A stretch of 63,403 nucleotides of DNA, counting the filler, from Reticulomyxa filosa (Eukaryota > Protista > Foraminifera): the NCBI GenBank assembly GCA_000512085.1. It is 19 parts of 19 records of this genome, joined end to end, with 100 filler letters (N's around TTAATTAATTAA, not from the genome) between each part and the next. Parts side by side here need not be neighbours in the genome. Positions count along the whole stretch, not along the records: positions 49,409 to 56,694 come from ASPP01009179.1; positions 56,795 to 59,671 come from ASPP01004028.1; positions 59,772 to 62,059 come from ASPP01000385.1; positions 62,160 to 63,403 come from ASPP01011382.1; 15 more parts are not named here. One strand, 5' to 3'. How positions within the stretch are numbered: position 1 is the stretch's first letter; every line of letters starts with the position of its first letter. Below the pieces are notes generated by a model. The model did not search any database, was not told where the DNA came from, and saw only the letters and a list, made by a program, of their open reading frames with translations. The position numbers and the translations under genes were made by a program. Below, piece by piece: positions 49,510 to 62,197 of this stretch.

Positions 49510-50345
49510 TAACATATTGAAAAGACCATTGGAATATTTGCCAGCATGTGAAGAAGCACTAAAAGATTATTTAGATGCGTATCACGCTCAAAAAGTTATA
49601 TTTATTTATATAAGATATTTTGTTTAAAAAAAAAATTACTTATGAAAAAAAAAACAATATGAATGACTAACCAAGTTTGCAAGATTGGTTTAGCAGGGTT
49701 TTGGTGCGCAACGAGTGACACCCCAACAATTAATGGCACATAACTTAACACAAATGGTGTGCCTAGAATGAATAGTGACGAAAATTTCATTAGATCGTTC
49801 AAAAGTGATCCAGACAGTCCATTGCTGTGAAACAACGAAGCAATATCATATCAATTATATCATGATGCCACTGCAATTACAGGATTTCCAACTGGTTCAG
49901 CATATCATATCAAAGTTAGTTAATTTTTTTAAATTATGTATTCTAAAGAAAATGTTTTTAGATAGATTATTTTATTTTATAATAAAAATGTTTTTCGGTG
50001 TTTTTTCGTTTATTTAAAGTTTACTGAAGATGAAAATTTTTTATGTTTAAAGTTAGATGTGAATAATTGAATTTTAAAAAAAGTTTGTTTCTGTTTGTAT
50101 CGGATTTATTTTTGTTTTTTATTTTTTTTTTTTTGATCAGGACTCAAACGGAAATTCGCTCACAACAGAATACGGATTAAGCACATATCGAAATCATCAA
50201 AAAGTGTTTGTGCAAGATATGTCAGAACGCACAATCGCAGGTTCGATGCCACAAACAGTTGAATGTTTATTAGATGATTTGGTATATAAATAATAATAAT
50301 AATGAACACGCGGAAGAAGCAATGAGTGTTCTACGCTGCTTTAAC
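49510..50345 (+). pseudogene. MCM3: MCM3 pseudogene, unprocessed and internally deleted
   Basis: FGAQRVTPQQL..MVCLE*IVTKISLDRSKVIQTVHCC, YHDATAITGFPTGSAY, intron 49915-50140, then LTTEYGLSTYRNHQKVFVQDMSERTIAGSMPQTVECLLDDLV. Stop at 49769-49771 plus frameshifts. Confidence 0.88.
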
Positions 50346-53300
50346 AAATGATGCTGAACCAGAAGTAGTAGAACAACGAAGATGACGTACCAAAGAAAAA
50401 AATAAGCAATGAAATAATAATGAAAAAAATGATTGTGATAATGATAACAGTCATAATAACGATAATAACAACAATGATGAAACATTACCAGAATTAATGA
50501 AAATAGAAAAACAAATTAAAGAACAATCAAAATTACAAACTGATGCTAAGTTAAAAAAAATTTTTTTGTATTATCTTGAGATCAATTATTTTAATTTGAC
50601 TTTTTTGAAATTAAACTTGAACTATAGGAATCCTCAGAAACTTGCTCGAGATAAAACTAAATCATCCTCCAACAAATGTGGCTTAATGTCATTTCATCGA
50701 ATAAAGCGTGATGGATTCAAATAAATTGTAAATTGTCAATCAAATTCTAAGGATTATTTCGAAAGAAAAAGCCATTTTATTGTTATTTTAACTATTTAAC
50801 TTTCATCTTTTTTATTTAAAAACATTTTTCATAAAACAAGTTTTGCTGGCTTGATCCAAACAAAAGCAATTATTCTGCTATTTCTTTTAATTAAATCTTT
50901 TTTAAATTTTGCACTTTAAAAAAGATAAAAAAAACAAGCTAACTAACTGTATGTCCGATTAAAATTTTAGTTTTTGCATTAGAATTACTTACAACTGTTT
51001 TTTTATGGTCATCTGTGAACAAAAAAGTACTGGTGTCTTCTTCACAACAAACTTGACCCGACAAGACGGAGACCTTTCGTAAAAACTTTTGTTTGAGGAC
51101 ATCCTTTGCATTTGTTTCATTGATTTGTCTTGACAAGAAAGAGAGTAAAAGAAAATGTTGCTTGAGTTTTACTTATTTACGATTAGTGGAATGAGTTTTG
51201 AGCTTCCTCAATTTCCGTCGGGTTCACCGTAGACAGAGGACATAAGCCAAAGCACAGACTTGAACAGCAACAGCGCAGAGACCACATCATGGTCGGAGTT
51301 ACAAGGAGGTTGGGACAACAACAACAACAACAATATCACCTTCCAAACAGATACTTTGATCGTGGTATTGACAGCAAACTGTACGACCCACTCCCATGTG
51401 CACTTCACAAAGAAGGAGGGTTATCATAGCGATTGTAATAGTTTATTGGCATATTTAGTGCCAAATAAAAAAAGTTTGAAAGGATAAAGTCATTGGTCCT
51501 CGTCGTATAGTGAAGACTGTCACCTACTTGTGCACGACATTAATAATAGTTTATTGTATGAGTCATGAAGACACTGACGTTTAGTCGCATGGTTTGTTTA
51601 TTCAATCTTTGTTTTCTGTGAGAAAAAAAATGACAAACAAGTGAAAGAAACAGTTAAATTGAACACACCTTTTTAAAAAGTGACAGTAAATTGAGCCTTC
51701 AAGTGACATGAACAATATATCCACATCATTTTCGACTGAAGGGACATACTACTGACCCGATTTCAACAATAGCTATATCCCCATTGATAACACACCGTAC
51801 TGTGACCGCGTTGCAAATTAGGCCAAGACAACTATTTCTTTTATGTACTTCCGCTTCAATTACTCCAGTACCAACTTCTTCCACTTTCACTTTCATTTCA
51901 ACATCATCTTCTTCTGTTGAAGACACAAAAATCTCAAAGGTTGAGGGCTTCATTCTACAACCACTTCAAATATAACAGTTACTGTATGCTCAAGAAGCAC
52001 TAATTCTGTTGCAGACTTCCCCGATTCTAGTTTGGCCACTATCCTGTTCGAATGCATTTGCTAATTTATATACACATATGTGTTTATATATTTGTGAAAA
52101 ATTGCACCAGATTGGACATGTCTCTTTGTTGTGGATCTTTTTTGAGAATGTTAAATCTTGTCTGAATTGGTATTGCAACATTTTCTTGTATTGTTTCGCA
52201 CTACACAAGAAATGTCAAATAGAAATTTTTCTAAAAAAACTTTATATTCTTGATAATGATATAAGTAAATGATTTTTTGGAAATTAAATTAAAAAGAAAA
52301 AGCAAATATTTGGAATCATCCTGACTCCATTGCGACGTAAGTAGCATCACTACAATGTTTTGAACATCAGTTTATTTTTAAAAAAATTTGGAATAAGGTA
52401 GATAAAGCATTTATATTGATGCAACAAAATACTCAAAAATTTTCTTTTGTCATAACCATTTGGAATACAAAAAGGACATTTGTTTGGACTAATCCTTTAT
52501 TTGTCATAAGCTTGCGCTGGTTTTTTGCAATCACAATTTACATAAAATTTAGTTCTTTAAGTTAAAAGCAAAAGAACTAAATTGTTAACACAAAAAGGTT
52601 TTTTAAAAAGGCAATAAAATTAATCTTTTGCTTCGTCATTTGAAGCAGTCAAAAAAGCAATTGTTTCTGCACCAACCTTCTTTCTTTTGTTGATAGTGCA
52701 TTTTCTTGCTCGTCAGTATTCACATAGGTTAAATTTCGCTTTTGTCTTTGCAGATTTTCCATGTCTCTTCATTTCCATTATTTACTTTCATTTTATCGAT
52801 TTCTTCATTGACCCATATTTCCTTCCAATTGAATACTGAACGTAATTAGTAAAGAATCAGAATCAAGATCCCATTTATCATTATCATCCTTCATTAATTG
52901 ATATTTCGATTTGTCCCAACTCTATCTCAAATTTATGATTTCAAATCATTTTTTTCTAGATTGTGATTAAATTGACTGGAGTTCAAAATTTGGAATTCAT
53001 TTTGAACAATGAAGTTCTCCAATACTATCTATTTTTTCATCCAACCAGATTGGTTCAATCTCCACTAATAATAAATTCTGTTATTTTTTTGGTTATTTAT
53101 ACTTCATTTTCAAATGATGAATTTATTTTGGTGGGATACAACAAATCTTTGTGTTGGAATAAATTTATTGTCTGCACAAAAAGCTTGTTCTTTCTGTATA
53201 CATGTTTACTTTGACCGTGTTTATAAAAACAATTTTCTAATTCATGATTTGATTTTATATAATATTTGCACTTTATTGATGTAATAATTTAATCCAAAAC

Positions 53301-56212
53301 ATTTTTTGCATTGACGAAAATGAGATTTTGGATTATTACGATTGTTATTAAATGCTTTGCATGACGCAAAATTCAAAACAAATTTGCTTACAATATTTTG
53401 CTAACGTTGTGTAAATTTGTAAATAATACTTTCAATACTTGTAAACATTCGAAAGTTTTACTTTTTCCACGCTATATTTTTTAATAATACATATCGATTA
53501 AGATCTGGATTTTTAACATCTTTAACATCTTATAATCTTTTTTCCTTTTGAGTTTTTGCATAATTTAAGTTAAAACTGAACATATCATTTATTTTCTGAT
53601 TGACTCCAAACTTTTTTTATTTTCTACACTTAATTGTTGTCTTTGATTAAATTTGACATCAATTTCATGTAAATTTTTAACTAATACTTTTACATTAAAA
53701 TATAAATACATTGTTTTCCCAATTTGATGAAAACATAATTCACTCTAATGTATTTTTCATTTTTTCCAAATAATTTCAATATGGACCATTTATTGATAAT
53801 TTGTTGCAGAAATATTCCTCATTGTTGTCAGATCGTTGACAAGAAAGATGAAAACTAATATCATTATAAGTATTTATATGTTCCATTTTGCTTTTCTGTC
53901 TTTTTTTAAATATATTTTTTCTTACATTTTCACTTATATTATGTATATTATTCTTGTAAGATTAGTGAAAATATATCTCACAATGATAAGAATTTACATT
54001 ATTAAATAAATTGCAAACAAATTAATTATAAATCTATTTATTATTTTCCCCTTTTGGCTTTAAGGATTGAAAAGAATGATGGATATGAAAAAGGAAGAAA
54101 GAAAATAAACAGATATTTATTTTCAATGTAATATCATCAGTCCCAACAATTAGATTATTACATTGCTAATGTCTGTTGTTGTTATTTCATCTTTTTTTTC
54201 TTTTCAAATACTTTATTTCTATCATAAAAAAGAGGTATCACTTGAAATATTCAATATCATGTAGGATAAGGTCCTACTAATTCCAGGAGAAGTCTCCCCA
54301 CTCCTAACAAAAGAACTCTTTTCCTCCAATAAAACAATCTTTAACTTTAACCTTATCAGTGTGTTAGCAATTTCTTTCTTTTTTTTTTTTTGATATTTAT
54401 TCAGTAACAACTTTTGTATTACGTTTAATGCTGTATCTGCACACTTCCTATGTTTGCTTCAAATAAAAATATTATGTAGTAATGATACTACATAATTTTT
54501 ATTTTTAATTAACTATTTATTTTTCTTTAATTTAGTATTTCTTATTTCTGTAAAAAAGACTTAGCGCAATCTTTTCATATCTCATATTATAAGTGGATAC
54601 ATTTTAAGTTTATTTGATAAGTTTTTAAATATAGTACCAAAATGCATGAAAAACAAAATTTTTTCCTTTTTTTTTAAAATGATTTTACTGCAATGACTAA
54701 GAGTAAAATATAAAAAATTAGAAGATAGACTTAGGAATCAAAAGATTAATTTTTGGTAAAGGTAGTATAATGACTTGTAATTGCTTTAGTTTAAAAAGTG
54801 TTAATCATGCATGCAAGATATATGTTAAAAGATAACATATTGAACAGTAAAATTCAATACATAAATAAAGTCTTACATTCATAATATACTCATCTACTGT
54901 TTTATTTACATTTAAAAATAATATATTATTTGAAAAAATTGTAAGTTCTACTGTCTATTACAATATTTGGTTCACGAATAAACTTAATTTGATTTTAAAA
55001 TTGTCTCACTACACAATAGACTAATAAATGATTTATTTTTGATTTAAAACTAATTTTTCATTGATACTGTTTTATCTTTGTATATTTTTGTTTCTTTGAT
55101 TTTATTATTATTTTTATTAATTCATATAATTTTATTTCGTGTAAGGAGATAATTCTGTGATTTCATTCATATAATGCATTCAAAGCATAAGATATTCAAT
55201 TATTCAATGGAATATCAATAATGAAAATACTGATGAAATTTGCATTACAAGTGAATGCAAATTGTTCAAATAATTCAATGAATTCTATGTTGCAAATATA
55301 CTTATATTCTTCAATAGTTTTAATAATTTTTTCAAATTAACATTTTTAATAACAATTTTTTGTACTATCTAATCACTTTCTTAAAATATTATATTTATGT
55401 ATTATATATTTATTTCACTTCAATATTTAGATTCATTTCTAATTATGAATACTATTAAATTGAAAGATATATTATCGGAAAAAAAACCAAAATTAATTCA
55501 ATTAAAAAAAATATTAAATAACAAATAAATACAATAAAATCATCGTATAAAGTAGCATAATAATGTATTTGGTCATTTTCTACAAAAGAATATTTACAAA
55601 TGTATTGTGATTTCGAATAGAAGTAATATATCTTGTCGTTGACATCGTTGTATATACAGATACAAAACAATAGCTTGCATATCTTAACCTGAAGAATAAG
55701 TTCGTTCTATTGAATAATACGATGATACCAACTGTCACTTTGACTTGCACAAAGTGTAATATAAAAATACTGCTCTATGAACGATTTATCAATAAAAGGG
55801 AAACAAAAGAAAGAAAGTGAAAAGTAAGTTTGTAGAGAAAAAGTAGACTCCAAACTTTAAACGAAACATTGAATCAATAGTAGAACTAATTTTTAATATC
55901 TGTTATATTGTTTTTATTTAAATGTAAATTTTTGTGATTTCAATGATATTTGTTTATTCTGATCTGCTTGATTTTTGTTATTATTTGCCTTTATTGTTGT
56001 TGTGGGGCTTATTTTTTTTTAGAACTTTAAAAAAGTTCTATAATATTCTGAGATATGTCTCAAAAACCAGAGAAGGTGAAGCCAGTGTTTCTCTATTTAT
56101 AGCATTTGTGGGAATTTGAAGAAAAGATGAATGCTTTTTTTTGATTTGTGTGATGAAAGCAGAAAGAAAAAGAAAAAGAAAAAGAAGTTTTTGCCAAAAA
56201 AAATTTTAATTC

Positions 56213-56694
56213 CTTTCAATTACTCCCGATTTGGTCAAGAATTTTCGATTTTTTTTTGGACGTGTCGAAATTGACTTAATGGTAAAAGATAATAGCGATT
56301 TTATTACCTTACATACTGTGGAAAATTCAAGTTCAAAACGGAACCAAAGTGTTGGATGTCAAAATTACAGATATTGCATACGATACTCAAGTTAACTACA
56401 TAAACAAAATGTCAATAAATGAAAATACACAACTAGTTTTTTTGTATTCCAAAAAAAAAACATTGTAGAAACAGCAAGCACGTATTCCTTTATCAAAGAA
56501 ATTGTCGAGTATTTTAGGTGACTTGATGAAGGGATTTTATCGTTCAAGATACTTACGCTCCAGTTAAACATCCTTTTTTTCTACGGAAAAAATAATGTCA
56601 TACGAATAAAAAATTTGTGAAAAAAAAAAAAAAATAGATGGCGATCTTGCGTATTATGGTGTAAAGCAATTTGAAGCAACAGATGCTCGTAAGA
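56213..56694 (+). pseudogene. M1-family aminopeptidase N-terminal fragment, frameshifted
   Basis: LSITPDL, FGRVEIDL..DFITLH, LGDLMKGFYRSRY and QFEATDAR, spread across frames. Confidence 0.75.
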
Positions 56695-58694
56695 NNNNNN
56701 NNNNNNNNNNNNNNNNNNNNNNNNNNNNNNNNNNNNNNTTAATTAATTAANNNNNNNNNNNNNNNNNNNNNNNNNNNNNNNNNNNNNNNNNNNNCTTAAA
56801 ATAAGCTAACTATTTTTTCTTTTTTTTTGGTTAAAAAAATGCTTTCCATTTTGATCATGTCTTTTTTTTTTTTTTGGTTTCTCCTTCTCGCTTGAGACTC
56901 TTTCTTTATGTGGATAACAAAGATGTGCTTTTTTTTTTCTTCATGTTGAAACTGGAAACTAGATCTCAAACTTTTGATTTGCTTTAATTGAAAATGCTTA
57001 ACGTCTTTTCCCTTTGTAAAAAAAAACAAACATTGCTGCATTCCTTGCTTTATTTACCAAGCCGTACAATCAACCTCATAAAAAAAGATTATCAGCAAAT
57101 ATGTACACTTTCCCCCAAAAAAATCCGTTTATTTTTAAGCGATTGAACACACCAGAGGCAATACAAAGGACACATTGATTGACCATGGTTTGGTTGTAAT
57201 TGTTTCACAGCCAATTTTTTGTTTCATATGTTGTCACATGTAAATAATATTTATTGATAATGATGACATTAATCATTTTCTTAACATATTACAATATACT
57301 GTGTTCATCAGCAGTTTCTAACTCAAGTGGTATCACAGCTAATAGATTTACAAAGCATCTTATTTAATCTTCTTCTAAATAGTTCTGATTTGTAAGAACA
57401 ATACCTTTCTGGATTAATGTTTTCAATGTATAGTGCATTGTCACTTTTGAATGTAATTTTACTTTCTTATTTAAATAGTATGAGCTAAAAATGTTTATAA
57501 ACATTTGATATTTTTTAATGATCGAGTGTATGATGCAATTGGTCTCCATATCTTACATGTGTTTGCAAATATTTGTAATGCATTGTTAATTTGTTTATTT
57601 TATACTATTTCTTGAAAATTTTGTACTTTTAGCATATCTATTAACTTGAAGTATGATAGTGTATGTTGTCTACACATTGAATAAAAAAATTGCTCTAAAT
57701 CTAAAAAAGGTAACTTTGTTTATATGAGAAAATCCCTTTTTATTTTTTCGCATTGAGAACTCTATATACTTTTCTCTTAATTATCAACGAAACGGAAGTA
57801 CATGTCAAAACAAGTTAAGTTTTTAACTTTTCTCTTAAATGTTGGAAAGAATGTTCAGGAAAATTTCTTTAAAAAACTGTACTAACAGAAATGCAAAGAA
57901 AATATACAATGGCAATGACTTTGTGGACGCAACAACGACCACAAACATTGGTTCAGCAACAGAAAGTAGATTAATCATAATTATGGTGTCAATATGTAAC
58001 AATGTTTTTGATTCCAAAAATTATTTGTCCAGATATGTTAAGATAAAAAGATGAAATATAAAGCGAAGTTGCAATTAACTGTAATCGAAGAAGATATTAA
58101 TCAAAAAATTCGATTGCAATTGGACATGCTCCGCAAAAGTGCAAAACATTGAATATGCAAAAAGTTAACGCTAGTATTCGAGTTTGTGAATAAGTATTGA
58201 ATTCTTTACTACACATTTAAGCAATATTCGATAGAGAAGTTAAATAATGTGATAACGTAATTAGCAACTTCATCAAATTTTCCAATGAATAGATCCAATA
58301 TTCAGCTTCTTTTGCTTGAGACTATCAAAAAGTCCTTCTACAATTACTAATTTTTGTTCATTTTCTTTTTTTACGTGTGTAGTTAGGCCAAAATAGCATT
58401 TAAAATTTTTCAATTAGTTCCGTTGTTCTATTTTGTTGTGCTATCAATCTACTAAATTGCATTATATGGACTTGAAATTTGTTTTTAATAGTTTTTGAAT
58501 AGTATTCCAATCACGCAAAAACAACATCCACTTTGTGTTCCAAAAAAAAAACTGAACGACAGCCAAAGGAGGCGCTGTTAAAAAAAAAAATTGACTTTAT
58601 TTGTATTTTTAATTTTTATTTTTATTTATTTTTTTCTTCTGTGTTTAATTAATAATCAAAGAAAGGAGAGCGATTAACTCTCAAAAGTGGAAAG

Positions 58695-59671
58695 ATGACA
58701 AGTACTCCACGGAAAAAGGTAGGAGCGATGACAATGATAACGAACAACTCTCAGCCCTATACATTTTCGATCAGCTTAGATACGAACGAAAGCAAAATAC
58801 TAATTCAAGCTAAAAACCAATTAACAAAGGACGCTTTTTACGGGGAGTTTGAAGCAGAGCAGCTGCGTCAAATTGGTTTTCATCAGCATGTTCGAGGTTT
58901 GCAAAAAAAAAAAATCAAACGATTGAAAAAAAAAAAGATAGTTTATTTGGGGAAAAAAAAAAAAAAAGGTTTTTACAGTCGTTTGAAGTTAGCATTGGAA
59001 AGCAAGTCTCCACAAGAACTACGTGCGTATTATTGGTTTTTGAAAAAAGACAATGAAGAGCCAGTGGAAGACATCTACGCGAATGTGTTTTCATCGTCAT
59101 ATTCATTGTCCAAAGAAGGCTTAATGACGAGCAGCGGCAGTGGCAGCGGCAATCATACAAATGCGAATAACCATAACACAAATATCGGCGACGTAGACTC
59201 CAGCAATAACAACAATGTGACAACCATGGAAAGTAATGCCACGAACAAAGTCGATAAGAAGGACTCGATGGCATTGATATTGGAAGAGAGCAACAGATAC
59301 GACGAAGAGGCGTCGAAGTGGTGTCTCGTGTTGAAACAACTGAATATCAAAGATACACAAAAATTGGGTGAGCGCTTGCAAGATGTCGTCAAAGTTGTTG
59401 GCAATCGCGAGAAAAAAATACAAGAACAAATCAACTTCATCATCCAACAGGCAAAACAAAAATTTGAAACTGAAAAACAAAACGCGTTGAAATGGAACAG
59501 CGCATTGCTACTTGTGAACAAGCCATTAAAAAATTAGCCAAAACTGTCAAAGAGTTGCAATCACAAATCAATGGTTCTCAAGGCAAAGTTGATTCTGGTT
59601 TTTTTTTTTTTATGTCCTTTTTTGTTATTTTTGAAGGGGTCGCATTATTGCTTTCATTTCGTTTCTTTTTT
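58695..59671 (+). CDS. Protein with a CCDC61/SAS-6/XRCC4-like head domain and coiled coil, 5' part
   Basis: Beta-rich head with FYGEFEAEQL, FYSRLKLALE and MALILEES..YD, followed by heptads. In-frame intron at about 58898-58968. 1-nt shift near 59490. Confidence 0.55.
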
Positions 59672-59958
59672 NNNNNNNNNNNNNNNNNNNNNNNNNNNNN
59701 NNNNNNNNNNNNNNNTTAATTAATTAANNNNNNNNNNNNNNNNNNNNNNNNNNNNNNNNNNNNNNNNNNNNTTTTTAAAAAAATTAGTATTAAATGTCTG
59801 TTTTTTATGGAGAAAATCAATAATCTTCATAAGGTGTCATTTTAGGTGTTATGTAACTTGATCATCTCAAAAACTACGAAAGATCCAATGCTAATTTTTA
59901 AAAAAAGTATCTACGTGATGTGGAGATTCTGGTACCAATAAAAGTAATAAACCTACTG

Positions 59959-60760
59959 TACTTTATGAAGATAATCGATTTTCTCCATGAAAAACAAACA
60001 TTTCATTCTAAAAAATATCTACAATTGTTGAAGTATTTAGATATGAAATTAGCTTTTAATAAAATATTTTCAGGTAAAATAAAAATTTACTTTTTCACAT
60101 AATTTTTATAAATTTTGAAGGAAAATGACTATTTTTCTCTTATATTGTTATGATGAAAACTTCAAAACTTTACATCATGTAGATATATGTTTTAAGAAAA
60201 GAATTACCCCCGTATTTCTTCGAGAATTTGAGATAATTGCCTTTCTTTGTTGCCAAATTTCGTCTTCAATAGTTTGCAAAAAAAATGGCATACATATTAT
60301 GTTGCTTTATAAATTTTCTCAACATTTCTAATGACAAGATTAATTATTTGGACGTAAAATTGTGGTTTTTAATATTTTTTTTCCGTATCTATTTGTCTTT
60401 TAGTCAATATATGGAATGTTACATTACATTTTTCATGCTCTTTAAAATGGAAATTTTTTGAATAGGCAATCTATACGTTTTTTTTGAGCGATTAACATTA
60501 TGTTTAAAAAATAAGATAAATTCAACAAAATAATGTTAAAAATAAAAGAAACGCAAAAAGTAAGCATATTTTTAAATGTTTCTTTACTTGTCTCAAAAAA
60601 AATATTACATTTGTACTATTTCCAACAAAGAAATTAAAAAATTTTATGTATCCAAAACTAAATTAAAAAGAAAACAATAAACGGTAAGAGAGCATTTAAA
60701 AAAAAAATTATAATGAAATGTTTGTTTTTCATGGAAAAAATCGATTATCTTCATAAAGTA
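59959..60760. mobile_element. MITE-like element with ~47-bp terminal inverted repeats flanked by TA
   Basis: 59961-60007 and 60712-60758 are reverse complements with one mismatch. TA lies on both outer sides. The interior is AT-rich and non-coding. Confidence 0.7.
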
Positions 60761-61429
60761 GCATAATAGTTGTGCCATTTTTTTTTTTTTTGCAAACTAC
60801 TGTATCATATCTGTAATTTCTCTAATTTTTAAAATAAATATAGTAAAGAGATTGAACAATATATAATACATAATTTTTTTGTTGACAATGATGCAAATAA
60901 AGGTTAATTTGTAAAAAAATCCTTTTAATACACTGTCCAAATCTTTGTCTCTTTGATTTTCATATATTTTATGCACAATTCAAATATTTTTCTCTTTAAA
61001 GTGGACACGATCAAAAAACACACACCTTCTTGGCTTAAACATAATAAAACTAAATTTTATTTATCTTCTTCTAACCACGTTTGTATTTTCCATTTTCAAT
61101 TTATTTTGAATGCTTCTTGACTAATCTATTAATATTATCCAATGAAATAAGTAGGTGTAAATTTGACATCGAGATATAATTCATCTTGGAAAATATTTAA
61201 AAATTTTTGATGATGAAAATATAATTTTTAATTTCATTTCCATATAAGGATTCAATTATTTTTAAATGTTTTATGTTTTCCAATGATATCTACGTGAATA
61301 TGTTTACTTTGCACAACTTCAATAATAGGATAGACTGAATTAAGATACTTCAATTCCAAACATTTTTTAACAGCAGCATAGAAAGGTAATAATATAGTTC
61401 ATTGTTGTTGTTTTGACAATGATATCTGC

Positions 61430-62059
61430 GTAAAGGGCATGAAATAAGTGTTTGGTGTGTTGATATTGCACCATTGCAAAGCAATAACAATAATGATAAT
61501 AAAAGTAATAAAATTGGTGGTAATGGACATTCAATTTGTTCTAGATCAAATGATAAAACCATTTGCATATAGGATATTGAAATAACCAAACAATTGACTG
61601 TTTTCAAAGGACATAAAGATATCGTTATGAGTATAAAATATGGATTAAATGAATCAGGAATATTGGTTGTGCAAATACAATATTATCTGGATCATGGGAT
61701 AAAAGTCTTCATTTGTGGGATATTTGATCTGGTCAATAAATTCAATGTTCAACGGACATACAAATTGGTATATGCTGTTAAATATTCACCATTTGCAATA
61801 AATAATAACGATGAAGTTATTGGTGGTAATTCAAATGTGATATATTCAGGTTCAGTTGATAATACAATTCGATTTTGAGATATTCGATCAAATAAGAAGT
61901 AATTATATGTAATTAAAGGAGATGAGAAAGAAGATGATGGAATATTTTTCTTTAAATTTGCATCATTGAAAAAGAAAGTAAATAACAATGAACAAAACTT
62001 AAATTATGATTGTGGTGTTCATTTACGTTATGGTTCATACAAAGACCCAATTCGGATTT
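61430..62059 (+). pseudogene. WD40 repeat pseudogene, paralogue of the 17577-19314 family
   Basis: Shares APLQSN..IGGNG..IC, FKGH..VMSIKYG and YSPF..IGGNSN. Trp codons are mutated to stops and there are frameshifts. Confidence 0.88.
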
Positions 62060-62159
62060 NNNNNNNNNNNNNNNNNNNNNNNNNNNNNNNNNNNNNNNNN
62101 NNNTTAATTAATTAANNNNNNNNNNNNNNNNNNNNNNNNNNNNNNNNNNNNNNNNNNNN

Positions 62160-62197
<38 letters not shown>

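Noticed and set aside
50700-56100. Coding-like patches in an AT-rich stretch (similar patches at 11928-13248 and 57050-57600)
   Set aside because: Probably decayed genes, but I could not assign any family from the fragments.
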